Below the pieces are notes generated by a model. The model had not been told where the DNA came from. It made no database searches and worked only from the letters and a program-made list of their open reading frames with translations. The position numbers and the translations under genes are program-made. From assembly GCF_006345805.1 (NCBI RefSeq), contig NC_043004.1, positions 96,906,001 to 96,970,000 of the forward strand: a stretch of 64,000 bases of DNA, written 5' to 3'. This stretch comes from Octopus sinensis. Taxonomy: Eukaryota. Shown one piece after another: positions 39,222 to 53,317 of this stretch (position 1 is its first letter; every line of letters starts with the position of its first letter).

Positions 39222-39262
39222 ATCGTTCATCGTTCATCGTTTAGCGTCCGCTTTCCATGCTA
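39222..39262 (-). mobile_element. ~40-bp extreme 3' end of RTE inside (TA)n
   Basis: The reverse complement TAGCATGGAAAGCGGACGCTAAACGATGA matches 21059-21087. Confidence 0.8.
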
Positions 39263-39268
39263 TATATA

Positions 39269-39315
<47 letters not shown>

Positions 39316-39338
39316 ATATATATATATATAATATATGT

Positions 39339-39375
<37 letters not shown>

Positions 39376-39429
39376 ATATATATATAATATATATGTGTAT
39401 ATATGTATATATATATATGTATATATGTA

Positions 39430-39474
<45 letters not shown>

Positions 39475-39524
39475 TATATATATAAAGACATTTACATACA
39501 TACATACATACATACATATATACA

Positions 39525-39560
<36 letters not shown>

Positions 39561-40234
39561 TATATATACATATATATATATTATACATATATATATATAT
39601 ATATAATATATATATATACACATATATATAAAAATATATATAAATGTATATACATATACACACACACATATTTATGTGTATGTATATACATATACATAGC
39701 TACCTATTTATGTATGTGGATATTTATATGTACATACATATGTGTACTTTATATATATACATAAATGTATGATGTATGTATTTATGTATGTATGTATGTA
39801 TGTACGTACAGCTGTGTTGTATATAATTATATATATCAATACATAGATGGATAGATAGAACTAAATTTGTTTGTTTATGACTTATTTCAATTTAATAAAT
39901 TAACAGTTATGATAAACAGATGGAAATATATGTTCTGACTTTCACTAGTTCTCACTCAATCTCCCACCACATCTCTATCTCCCACCACCTCTTATATAAA
40001 TATATGTATGTCTTTCTCTGCTTTTTTTACTCACTCATACACATACGTACACAATACACACTCACAACTTATACAAACATGCATACAGACACATACACAC
40101 ACATATATGACAGTTGTAGGATAGATGAATTGATGAGGCATCAGACTGCTAGCATGTATGTTTGTAGTTCGATTCCAACTGAAGCCTTTCGTTCTACTTT
40201 CTTTTAAACCTAAAAACTTTATTCTACATTGCAT

Positions 40235-40466
40235 CTTGGCACTCTGTCAGTTAGAACCAGGAAGGTTCCATTTGATTCAATCAATGGAACAACCTGCTTG
40301 TGAAATTAATAAACAAGTCGCTGACCATTCCACAGACACTTACTTGTACCCTTAACGTAGTTCTCAGGGAGATCCAGCATGACACAGAGTGTGACAGGGC
40401 TGGCTCTTTGAAATACAGGTACAATTAATTTTTGCCAGCTGCGTCGAGTGGAGCAACATGAAATAA
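40235..40466 (-). mobile_element. SINE family C fragment
   Basis: The reverse complement begins TTTATTTCATGTTGCTCCA...CAGCTG, as in the core of 53391-53733, but has a different tail. Confidence 0.55.
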
Positions 40467-40664
40467 ATTTGCTGTTTATTATTGTTGCAGTAAATTTTTT
40501 TGTACTCTTCATTTGCCATATATATTATAAGATGCTTCAGTTTTTTTAATCCTGTGGTGCTTCAAATTAACATTGCACTAATATGTAGATTTAGAGATCT
40601 TTTTAGCAGTGTGTGTCTAGTCAATATTTTCCTCATGTGTGTAAGTATATGCTGATAATGCATA

Positions 40665-40835
40665 GGCATAGGAGTGGCTGTGTGGTAAGTAGCTTACTTA
40701 CTAACCACATGGTCCCGGGTTCAGTCCCACTGCATGGCACCATGGGCAGGTGTCCTCTACTATAGCCTCAGGCCGACCAAATCCTTGTAAGTGGATTTGG
40801 TAGGCAGAAACTTGAAGAAGCCCGTTGTATATATA

Positions 40836-40884
<49 letters not shown>

Positions 40885-41101
40885 ATATGCTTATGTGTCT
40901 GTGTTTGTCCCCCCAACATCGCTTGACAACTGATGCTGGTGTGTTTATGTCCCTGTAACTTAGCGGTTTGGCAAAAGAGACCGATAGAATAAGTACTAGG
41001 CTTACAAAGATTAAGTTAAGTCCTGGGGTTGTTTTGCTCAACCAAAGGTGGTGCTCCAGCATGGCCACAGTCAAATGACTGAAACAAGTAAAAGAGTAAA
41101 A
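40665..41101 (+). mobile_element. SINE family B
   Basis: Family consensus match. Confidence 0.9.
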
Positions 41102-41405
41102 GAGAGAGAGAGAGAGAGTAACAGTGTTAGACCATGGACATTGCAATACTACATAATAGTGGAGTGGTTATGAAAGAAACTTTAGAAAAATGGGAAAGAT
41201 CAGGACTTATCCAAAGAGATAAAGAGACAGGGAAAGACAAAGGTGATAGCTTTGCCTGAGGTAATTAATACACATCCAATTTGCTAGCTAAAGATATGGG
41301 AATTAAGACATGTATAGTCAATCAGTGGGAAATGTGCCATTCAGCATTCTGCAAGTTTCTTAAGAATGATTCTTGTGACTTGAGGAAACTCATTACCAAA
41401 ACCTT

Positions 41406-41822
41406 AGGCATGGCTGTGTGGTAAGAAGCTTGCTTTCCAACCACATGGTTCCGGGTTCAGTCCCACTGTGTGACACCTTGAACAAGTGTCTTCACTATAG
41501 CCACAGGCCGACCAAAGACTTGTGAATGGATTTGATAGATGGAAACTGAAAGAAGTCTGTCTTATGTGTGTGTGTGTGTGTGTATGTTTATATCTATGTG
41601 TTTGTTTCTTTGTGTCTAGGTTTGTTACCCCACCACTGCTTGATAACCGGTACTGGTGTGTTTATGTCCCTGTAATCTAGCAGTTCAGCAAAAGAGATTG
41701 AAAGAATAAGTACAAGCCTAAAAAGTAAAAAGTACTGGGGTTGTTTCATTAGACTAAAATTCTTCAAGACAGTGCCCCAGCATGGCCACAGTCTAATGAC
41801 TGAAACAAATAGAAGTAAAAAG
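41406..41822 (+). mobile_element. SINE family B, older subfamily
   Basis: Collinear with family B. It shares diagnostic 3' variants with 35312-35710. Confidence 0.85.
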
Positions 41823-42763
41823 AATTAGCATGTAATCACCTTTGAATAATAATAATACAATAAGCACAAGGCCTGAAACTCTGGGGGTGGGGGAAGATCG
41901 ATTACTGTAGATCCTGTCCTCTACGTATTAAAATTTTATTCATTATCATGTTTTGATTTCAAGTGCAATGGTGATCAGTTTTAAGTGATGACGAATTTTA
42001 ACTTTCATCCTGTCTCTATAGCTGGTTTTATATAAAACAGCTGGAAGAAAGCCTACTTGTGTAAACTGGAAACAGAATCAAATATGTCAGTGCATTGGAT
42101 GCCAATTCTGGAAACTCAATTTTACACGTAACCCATATTCTGCTAAATCATAAAGAATGAAAGTTAACCTAAGTGAAATGTCAGACAAAAGATCAGCAAA
42201 TACTATTTTCTTCATCTGCTGTTAAATATTTGACAGTTTTTACATTATATGAAATGATTCCCCAATCCAATTTTATTGGTATCTAGAAGAAAAAAATTAT
42301 TCAATAATCCCAAAAGCTGTCCTTTAAATATTGCAAATGTTGGATAAAATGGTTTCTTATTTCATCAGACATTGCAAGAAAGTCCCAGAGTGTCAAGAAA
42401 GATTGAAAACCATATCTTTGCCGATATTCAAATCATGAGTCAGATTTTATAATCATGGGTTCCACTCTATCCACAACTTGAAAAATTTTTATGGATCTCC
42501 TTTAGAGACTCAAATTCAAAGCATTCGAATACATAAAATATCAGGTTTTGAAAGCAGTATAACTAACCATGAGAAGTTATTGAACCGTTTACTCCCCCGG
42601 AATAGTTTTTTCATGTAAAAACAACCATATTTCATTACACAACTCAAACATGCAGGTAAAAATTTTAGCACAAGACAACTAACTCACTTGAGAATGCATG
42701 AGTTATTGTTGATGACAACAGCTCATTTCCTAACACACACAAGAAAAGGTATTTGAAAATTTA

Positions 42764-43169
42764 GCAGGTGTGGCTGTGTGGTAAGTAGCTTGTTTACCAA
42801 CCACATGGTTCCGGGTTCAGTCCCACTGTGTGGCACCTTGGGCAAGTGGCTTCTGCTATAGCCTCAGGCTGACCAAAGCCTTGTGAGTGGATTTGGTAGA
42901 CGGAAACTGAAAGAAGCCCGTCGTATATATGTATATATATATATGCGTGTGTGTGTTTGTGTTTGTCCCCCTAGTATTGCTTGACAACCGATGCTGGTGT
43001 GTTTATGTCCACGTTACTTAGCAGTTCGGCAAAAGAGACCAATAGAATAAGTACTGGGCTTACAAAAAAGAATAAGTTCCGGGGTCGAGTTGCTCGATTA
43101 AAGGTGGTGCTCCAGCATGACTGCAGTCAAATGACTGAAACAAGTAAAAGAGTAAAAGAGTAAAAGAGT
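42764..43169 (+). mobile_element. SINE family B nested in the hAT fossil
   Basis: Family consensus. AGGTG is repeated at both junctions, and removing the SINE rejoins the FIK.../LN transposase segment. Confidence 0.9.
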
Positions 43170-43569
43170 AGGTGAGCTTTATAAATTTAGTTGCTTTCAT
43201 TGCCTCCTTTAGTTTTTACTTCAATTTTCATGGAAAATTTCTTGCTGCAAATTCTTCTCTATGCATGCAGCAATGAGCAATGAATCCATTTAGCATTTGG
43301 CACTTTGCTTTATAAAGTCCTCTGTATTTAGAGAGATTGCAGAAGCTCCCTCAGTTCTGACTTCTAAACATTCTGACTACCCAAATTTATTTTCAAACTA
43401 TTAAAAATAGATTGATAGACTAATTGGTTGTATATGTTGGCAAAGATTGGTAGAACATTATATCTTTACTGATCATATCTTTAAATTGTCCTCATGTGAC
43501 TGCAAGAATTCAGCTCAGTTAAAAATATTCCTATTTTAATCAAATTGCAAAGAATAGTATTCATTTCAA

Positions 43570-43789
43570 CCTTTTCGTTACTGTATTTATTTTGAGATGC
43601 TATGTGTTTCTTTCAATTACTTTAAATATAACAAAGAATTTAGTAAAATAACTTAGTTATCATTCAACTAGTGTTAGGAACATAAATTGTGACTAAGGTT
43701 TGGTGGAAGATTTTAATTCAAAACTTATGAAAACAAGACATTTGTACTCAGAGCCAGAGCCGTTTTCAGCCGGGTTGGTAACGAAAGGG
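43570..43789. mobile_element. piggyBac-like MITE nested in the hAT fossil
   Basis: TIRs CCTTTTCGTTAC (43570) and GTAACGAAAGGG (ending 43789), flanked by TCAA and TTAA. The transposase remnant continues on both sides. Confidence 0.7.
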
Positions 43790-46700
43790 TTAAAACTCTT
43801 TTCATTAACTAATTTTAATACTATCAGACATATGTTCTGTTCACTACTTCACAATGTTGTTTGATAATGGAAGCATATCCTAGTTCCTTGCTACTTTGTT
43901 TACATGCATTCTAGAGACAATTGTTTTGGCAGGAGGCAGAATTAGTTTCTCTTTCGCCATGTATTGTATGGTTTTCTACTTTTTCCAAGCAAAAGAGACA
44001 AATCATTTTCAATGCAAACACAGCCAGATGCTACTTTTCTGTTGACTGTTGTTGTAAAAATAGTTCTTGCTGTCTTCTTCAAAAATATTCAACAGGTCCA
44101 TTCATGTTTTTCTTTTTTATGCTTCATTTCTAAATGTTGGTAAATTTTGACTGGTTTTATGCCTTCATTGGATAATATTTCATAATAGAACACACTGCAG
44201 TTTCTCTTTATTTTCATGGTTGGTGTATATAAATCTATAGCATATGTACTTAGCTCAATATTTATGACTTCTCTCTTTTGAAACTTGAACCAATATTTTA
44301 CCCCTTTAAATATGTCATATCTTTACCTCTTCCCATACCATTTTTTTATGTATTTTAATGCATTTTCAGTTTCAACCACCAATCCATAATTTCCAGGGTA
44401 TTATTATATGGTCAATTATATATAAAAATTTTTGCTGATGTAGTTAACATTGTTACGAAGAGAACCATTCACAAAGATACATGTATCATATAATGCTTAT
44501 CTAAATATGTCATGTTTAAATGTGATCCTTTAAATTAATGACAGTTAAAAATTGTGTTGCATTCGCATGCATCTTTCTAGGAGTGAGAACTGATGGGGCT
44601 CCCGTAATGTCACAAGTAGTAAATTTCCGGTTGAGGAGGCATATGATTAATGTGTCATACATCACATTCACAATATATGGTATTCATAACAACAATCTTG
44701 AACCTTGTTATTGAACCTTCACTAATATGATTGAGTATTTAAGTTCATAAATATAAAAAAAAAAAAAAACATACATGTAGTCTCTGTATATTGAGGATGG
44801 TTCTTTTGTGTGATGTGACTGTATTGAAGTGGATTTCACAGAAAACATGTATGAAATACATGGTATTTTTTTTTTATTTGCCTTGGAGTGAGTAATTATA
44901 TGTTTACACTGCGTTTAAGTCAGTTACACTGCATTTAAAAATTTTGAACACAGCTAATGGACATTCAGTACTACCTCTGCAAACCTGAGGGTTTGGAGAA
45001 TGGGGTTGCAGATCCCAGGATGGAAATGACTAATTTATAGGAATCCCCACAGACAGTTAGATTTAAACTTCATTAAAGCTTTGAGAACACACACACACAC
45101 ACACACACACAGATTGTAAGATTTCAATGTGTCAACTCAAAACTATAGATGAAGACACCTATTGGCTGCATGTACACACTGGGAACTAAACCTCAATGAC
45201 ATGTTCTGAAGTGAACTTCTTAACTACAAAACAATACCTGCACCTATACATACATACATACATACATATAGTTTTGATTACAAAGAATCCATAGAGGATC
45301 AAGGTATATCAAAGTAAATCATGCTACTAAATGACTCAACAGGTTCACAAAAAGCAGGTAGTTAAGCAATCCATTATTTTAGCACAAAAGGCTTTGATGA
45401 AGGAAGGTCTGTGTTGTTAGATAATCCGAAATTTTAATTGAATCCAAAAGTATCCAATGAAGAATGGAACCTTAAGTGTGGTGTAAAAGCAGAAAAATTG
45501 GCAATTGGGTTATCTACAATCGTTTCATTAGAAATTTTAATTTTCATGTAAGCACAGTACAATTAGTCAGAATGTGTATGTTACATAATCATCAGGCAAT
45601 CGGGTAACGAGGTGAGCAAAGACTTGTTGCTTAAGCAACAGACTATCAACAAGATATTTATAAACCAATAATGGAATTTCTCTATGTTCCACTGGACATT
45701 CAAATGTATCAGTTCTTCTAAAAACACATAAAATAAGAGGCAAGCCTATCTTCAAAATAAAAAGGATTGCATATTTTAAGCACTTGCCTTTTTTTAATGA
45801 CTTGTAATAAATACAAGTCTAGATATGGCAGTATAAAGTTGATTAAGTCTGTAAAATTTATTGCATTGGTGTACGGAATTTAAGCTGTGAAAGTAATAAC
45901 AACATTGAGAAATCAGCAAAAACAATTGAGGCATTTTAGTAACAGAGTCTTGTAAGTGCCACTTTAGCCATTTTCAAGGTTAGTATATCATTTTCTTTAT
46001 CTCGACGTCTAGAATCCGAAAAAGTTGGGAGGAAGAACTGGTGAGACTTGCCATAAGGTCGAAGATCCGGCTGAAAAAAATTGTACCTCAACACTATAAA
46101 CATGATGCTCACTCACCCAAACTTGGACCAGAGAGCTTAGTAACACACCATTGTAAGCACACACACTCAATCAATAGCTTTGGTGTGGTCCCTCTATCGT
46201 TTATCGAGGTGCTATGGCTCATTTCCTAATATTCCTCGTTACCATCATAACGATAATGGGCTATTATCTTACTATCTTGCCTTACTTACTTTTTAAAGAT
46301 ACTTACCTTGGTATATTAAAACACAAACAATATCTTTGGGGTATCTCTGTATGTTTTTGGTAGGTATTATGGCTAAAATATGTAATGCAGTATATCATTT
46401 CTTACTACCGGTATATTCTACAAAATGAGAAAGATGCAGTCATTGTTTCCTCTTTCAAATGCATACATAAATAAATAATTTTACATATGTGGAATAATTG
46501 AAGAAGAGTTTCGTAGTCATTTTAAGACCAAAACCAGCTTCCTAACTTCATTCTTTACCGAGATATCACAATCTGAGAGTTGCAAAACTTTGACTGCGTT
46601 TTCCTTGGTTTTTAAGTTGTGGCACTTATGATGGTCCATTACTAAAATCTCAATAAGAATTCAACAAGTTCCTGTTTGGGATTAGAACAATAGCATTAGC

Positions 46701-47914
46701 AAACACAAGTGGAGAACAGAATTCCATAATATATGATACAAGACAATGTTAATATATTAGCTCAATAGGATAAAAGTAGGAGCTAAATCTCCTCCGTCAT
46801 ATTAAACACACCAACTCATCACGAGCTAATGTAATCTCTTACAAGTCTGTCTGAATAAAATTCTTGATGCTTGCGGTTGGAATACATTTCATCACAGTTC
46901 TACTGATGTGGGGCGACTGTAAAAGGAAAACGTTAAATTCCTCCTAACCAAGAATTGAAACCAAGTAGACAGCTACATTCTGGTATATATAATATCACCT
47001 ACATATATAAAACCATTTATATATAAGTAAATATATATATATACATATATGAATGTATAGATATGTATTTATATGTGTATATGTGTCTATATATATATAT
47101 ACATACATATATATAAATATATATATACATACACCCACATATATATATAGGAGTGTATATGCATGTATATATATAGTCTGAGAAAAAGCATTGATAATGA
47201 TGATAACAATGACAGCAGTGATAGTGGTGATGGTGGCAGCGGTGGTGTTGGTGGTAATAATAAATTTCAGGGTTGGTGGTTGAGAGAGAGGTGGGAGAAA
47301 TAATAGCACTAAAAGAAAACAGAAGAAAGAAGAGAAAAGTCTTTTATTAATACAATATTAATCTTGCAGCAATGAAATGTGTTTAATTAATAGTAATATT
47401 CATTTATTCTATTCTCTATTTATCTTGCTGTCTATCTATTTAATTATTTATTCACACGTATGCACACACACACACATGCAATACATACACACAAGCACAT
47501 ACACATTTCTACATGCTTATATGTGTATATATATATACATATAAGCTCGTATATATATATATATATATGTGTGTGTATATATATATATCTGTATATATAC
47601 ATATATATATACATATATAATATATATAATATATATATATATATATATTTGCATACATATTTATGCTTGTGGATGATTTAATGTGCCTTATGCGTAAATA
47701 TATTTATAACTCTAAAAATCTCTGCCTGTTGCCTCATTCACCTCTTTGTATCTATTCATCTATATAACATACATACATTATATATACATAGATGTATATA
47801 TTCATATATATTTCTATCTATGTATATCTATATCTATCTACATATATCCTTATGTATATATATTATTATGCTTATATATTATTTATGGTATATATGCATA
47901 TATATATATACATA

Positions 47915-48005
<91 letters not shown>

Positions 48006-48680
48006 TGATGTGTATAAATACATGCATATATATATATAATATATGTATGTATATATAATTATCAGTGTGTTTGTTTGTTCTCTATGTTTTTCTCTTCCAA
48101 TTTTCCTCTCAGCATTCTCTAATGGATGGTATAATGGTTTTAGTATTGGCATTTTATTTTTTTCCTCGCCAATTTCCTGATTTATTTTCTCTTGTCTTTG
48201 ATAAGTCATCAAATATACTATGGCAGAGAATAAGAGAGAAAGTTGCAGAGATATTCACAAAGAGTCAAAGCATTATGTACTCCACAGATCATAGATACAT
48301 GTGAGATATCACTGCATATATACATACATATATTTTCATATATATATATATACACACATACAGACACATGTATACATATACTATTTATGTTTAAATGCAC
48401 ACACACATACATATACATACATATATACACACATATATGTATGTGCATTCACAGTAATATATATATGTATACACTTGTGTGCATATGTGTTGTTTATGAG
48501 TAGTTTTATGTAGTTCTATTTCTTATTATGTGTGTATGAGTTTGTCTTTGTGTATGTATCTGTACGTGCACAAATACTTTATGTGAGATTATTTAGGGCA
48601 CACCTGACATCTATGTCCCATAAGGGTTTCATGCCGAACTATGCACATGAACAAAATATTTATACTCATCTGTCCGTCTG

Positions 48681-48687
48681 TCTATCC

Positions 48688-48761
<74 letters not shown>

Positions 48762-48792
48762 GTTTCTATCTACCTGTCTATCCATCTATCCA

Positions 48793-48823
<31 letters not shown>

Positions 48824-48868
48824 GTCTATCTATCTATCTATCCATCTATCTATCTATCTATCCCTCTC
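48681..48868. repeat. (ATCT)n tetranucleotide microsatellite (another at 52925-53035)
   Basis: Direct reading. Confidence 0.95.
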
Positions 48869-48965
48869 TCGTCACATGCACACATGCATATATATATATA
48901 TATACATACACATATACATATATATGAAAAACATATGTACATGTATGTACACACACTTATATGTG

Positions 48966-48998
<33 letters not shown>

Positions 48999-49526
48999 AC
49001 ACACACATATGATACATATGTAAATATGTATGAATATATGTATTTATTTTAAATATGTATGTAAGTTTATGCATGTATGTGTAGCTGTCTTGCACTACGC
49101 AGAAGATTACCCACATTGATGTTTATGTACATATGCATAAAACTTCATATTCCTACATAAAATGGCAAGATATGATTGATTTGTTGTGGTGAAGAAGCCG
49201 TAATTACTTCTCTGATCTTAATGAAACTGTATGGATGTTTGTATAATGATGTGCTTTTATGTTCATGCTGGTGTGTGTATGTATATATATATACAGATGC
49301 GTGAATCTGTTTGCAAACATAGAAATGCATTCTTGAACACACAAGCACCCATAAATTCATATATACACCCTACATACACATGAAAATATATTACATACAT
49401 ATGCATATAAGTAGAGTTATATATACGTGTGTATAAGTATGTATATATGCTATATATGTATATATATATATATGAATATGCATATACATACACATATATA
49501 TGGATATATACGTATATACATATGTG

Positions 49527-49560
<34 letters not shown>

Positions 49561-49594
49561 CATACATTCATACATATATATGCATATATATATG

Positions 49595-49639
<45 letters not shown>

Positions 49640-49641
49640 GG

Positions 49642-49683
<42 letters not shown>

Positions 49684-50368
49684 CCATCACTAAAACAAAT
49701 GTACACTCGAACATTTCTGAATGGCATTCCCTACATATTTTTGTACACTTACATACGTGTTCAAATTTATGGCTAAATATATTTTTGTGTACATGAATCT
49801 TTGTATTACTACCATTTGTTTTTGTGAGTATTAATATTTGTTATGTACTTCTGTAATGTGTGAGTGTTTATATTTTATGGTACATCTCTAATCTTATCTG
49901 ATATTGGGTGGGCAGCCGGTAAGGAAAAAATACAATCACTATTGACTTATTACATATCATCAAGTTATGAGATATATATCATTTCATTTACTATTTTCGT
50001 TATTTATCCAGTTGTTTAGTCATATTATATATATATATGTGTGTGTGTGTTTGTGAGTGTCAATATACATATATGCATGTGTGTGTGCATGCGTGTACAT
50101 GTGTGCCTGTTTGTATGTATAAGTATCAAATATATTATATATATATATATATATATTATATATATGCCAGATAATTATACATACATATCAAGTTTGTGTA
50201 TGTGTATAAGTGTACATATGTGTATATTTATGTTATACTATTTAGATGTTTGCATTATCTATATGTCTATATTTATCTCTCTCTACACACATAATTATGT
50301 ATATATACTCATAGTATATGTATACACACACACATACACATATACATACATACATACACATATAAAGA

Positions 50369-50406
<38 letters not shown>

Positions 50407-50474
50407 TATAAATATATATAAATATATATTTATATATACACATACATATATATATACATATATACTATGGTGTA

Positions 50475-50506
<32 letters not shown>

Positions 50507-51257
50507 TTGTAATTATGTGTGTCTGTTTAGATTCTTTTATTTATATTTATATTGACATTTATTTAAATTTTATTACTAGTTTCCTAATTTCTACATTAAC
50601 CTTCAAATCATTAATTCTTATTTACTTGTTCACAGAAAACAATCAAGTGTAGAAAGAAATATGGCTTTCCAAAACTTTGCCAAGAAGATGAGAATTGAAA
50701 AGAACAAAAGAAAAAAAGAAGAAGAAAAAGAAAAAACACCCTGCAAAATAAAATAGATAAAACAAAAATCATGGTGGTGTTTGTAGGCAGCAAAAATGGA
50801 AGTGTAATGGGGAGAAGTGTTCATAATATGAAATGTTGATGTATAGTTCATATCAAGATGCACACACATGTATACATGAAAATAAATGTATGTGGACATA
50901 ATTGTGTAAATTTGGGATGTATAATATATGATTATCTATGAGATGGATAAGACATATGTTAGTTTGCTCAGGCAATTTCACATTGAATGTATATGCATTT
51001 GTGTAAGGGAATATACACCCAGCCATACATATATGTATGTATATATATATGTGTGTGTATGTGTGTATATACATATATATACTCATACACACACAAATGC
51101 TTTTGTATGGGCATGTGTGCATATAAATACATATATATACATACATAAATATATATACAGACACATACATACATTCATGTATATATATACACACACACAC
51201 ACACACATACATTCATATATATATATGAATTCGTGTGCTTGTGTATTCATACATACA

Positions 51258-51304
<47 letters not shown>

Positions 51305-51305
51305 A

Positions 51306-51349
<44 letters not shown>

Positions 51350-51764
51350 AATACACAAGCACATGAATGCTCATATATAGGGGAGCTATATATATTTGTG
51401 AGTATATGTGTCCTGATAGAGTTCATTTAATTTCATCCATGATAAACATATGTGACAATATTCATTAATTAACCGCTCTGCAGTAGCACTGAAGTAATTA
51501 TACAACATCCAATATTATTTTTACTGAATGCACATCAAAGTAATTTATCAGATATGCATGTTCCTTAGCATATTGCTACCTATATTTATATATGTGTGTA
51601 TGTGTGCTTGTATATTACTAACACTCACACATTTACAATCATACATACACAAACACTTTGCACACATATATATGTAGAAGGTCTCTATCTTAATTTGAAC
51701 CTGGATTCTTTTGCCAATTAGAAGGTTTTAGTAATCAACAAAACAGGATCTTTCAAGCTGATTG

Positions 51765-51880
51765 ATGACGCTGTGAATAATGTAACCAATGATGGCCAAC
51801 AACTACACATCAAGTTCTTTGATTGGCTCAGCAAAAATTGTAGAGAATATAAAATTGTTAACTGAAAACCAGTCAAGTTT
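51765..51880 (+). promoter_or_regulatory. Candidate Pol II core promoter
   Basis: TGACG (~51766), CCAAT (~51786), ATTGG (~51822) and TATAAAA (51848-51854) in apparently unique sequence. No downstream gene is evident. Confidence 0.2.
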
Positions 51881-52924
51881 TAATTAACTTAAATGCTGCT
51901 TACAGATTTAGTAGCAAACAATGAGATTACAATCAGTCAAACACAGATAGATAAGCAGACAGTGAGAGACAGAGAGAGACTATGTTCGAAATCACTTGCA
52001 CCTTGGCAGTTATATTGATCAGTATTAACATTGTGAAACACCCAATGGCCAAACTGCTACTAACATAAAATTCAACCATGGCGCAGGACACACACATTAT
52101 TCCACTCATGCTTATTCTCTCCTTATATCTATGACTCTTGTTTTCTTCTATACAAGCTGACTACGATGTTAATCTTATTTTCCCAACTCCATTCTTTCAT
52201 GTTCTTTTCTTGGAACAGACGTGTCCCCTGTTCAATGAGTAAACAATGAAACAGATGATGACCTTAATAGAACCGGCAACTCTTAATTTTCTCTGAACCC
52301 TTTCCGCTTTGTCAAATTAATCTACTTGTTCAATATATATATATGCATGTATAAGCGTATGTGTGTGTAAGAGCGTGTGTGTGTGTGTGTGGCTTTGATG
52401 AAAATAGTTATGAAACATTATTTGACTTCTTTGTAATAAAAGTGTTGGCAGAAATGTGGTGTTTCATGGAGGTTAAATATAATGTAGAAAAATCAATGAG
52501 GTTGAAACTAAGAAAGAATGCTTTGAGAGTCAGAGAAATAACAACACTGAATGGGGATTGCTTGGCCTCTTTAAATCCATTCAAGTCTGTTCTTTTCAAT
52601 CTTTACACTGAAAAAAAAAAAAACCCATGACTGCCATTTCAGAACAAACCTTCTATTGTAAATTTTAGTTATACATCTACTAATGCTGAATCCTTTAAAT
52701 GTTTACATATCAAACACAGTTCAATTACCTAATTTTAAATTGCTTATAGTAGATTATAAAACGACAAATTTGGCACTATTCTGATTATAGAATTATATTT
52801 TGAATTGCATTACACATATGCACACACACACTTTTACCAGAGTATATATGTATATCGATATATAAATATGAATGTATTGTGTATATTATATATATATATA
52901 TATAAATGTATACATGTTATACAT

Positions 52925-52984
<60 letters not shown>

Positions 52985-52985
52985 A

Positions 52986-53024
<39 letters not shown>

Positions 53025-53317
53025 TTATCTATATATATATATATATATATATTAGCTGGTTATAACGAAAATACAGCAGGCAAGTACATCATGCCCAAAA
53101 CTCAGTACATCTAGTGGGATATCCCCTGTTTTATCCATGTATGTGATATGACAGAGACAGCAGAGATTCATACAACACAATTAGATGCACAATATCCTAT
53201 CCATATCAGGCAGTTGCACGATGGTTTGAAACGATCATCATACTGAATAATGACTAAAGGGTTAAATCTATCTTCCATTGCCTTCATCACTTATTATTAT
53301 ATATATAATATTATTAC

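Larger units (their letters stand above)
41960..44290 (-). pseudogene. Near full-length Charlie/Buster-type hAT transposase fossil (ZBED5/SCAND3-like)
   Basis: Ordered remnants across frameshifts: BED finger LQCVL/EILSNEGIKPVKIYQHLEMKH (~44200-44120), KLILPPAKTIV/LPLSNN (~43950-43860), YSLQFD (~43550), TEGA (~43350), HCCMHRE (~43270), HSQVS*LS/MFELCNEIWLFL (~42690-42620), NALNLSL (~42510) and EFPELASNAL (dimerization domain, ~42100). Confidence 0.85.

Noticed and set aside
45270-45550. Protein-like reading frame with scattered stops
   Set aside because: No family motif was recognised, so it cannot be supported without a database search.
45612-45640. GTGAGCAAAG (miR-87-like start); also TGGAATGTAAA at ~23420 (miR-1-like start)
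   Set aside because: The matches are only 10-11 nt, the 3' halves diverge, and there is no precursor hairpin.
47380-51890. Recurrent TAATTA homeodomain-type sites in unique islands
   Set aside because: They are expected by chance at this AT content.
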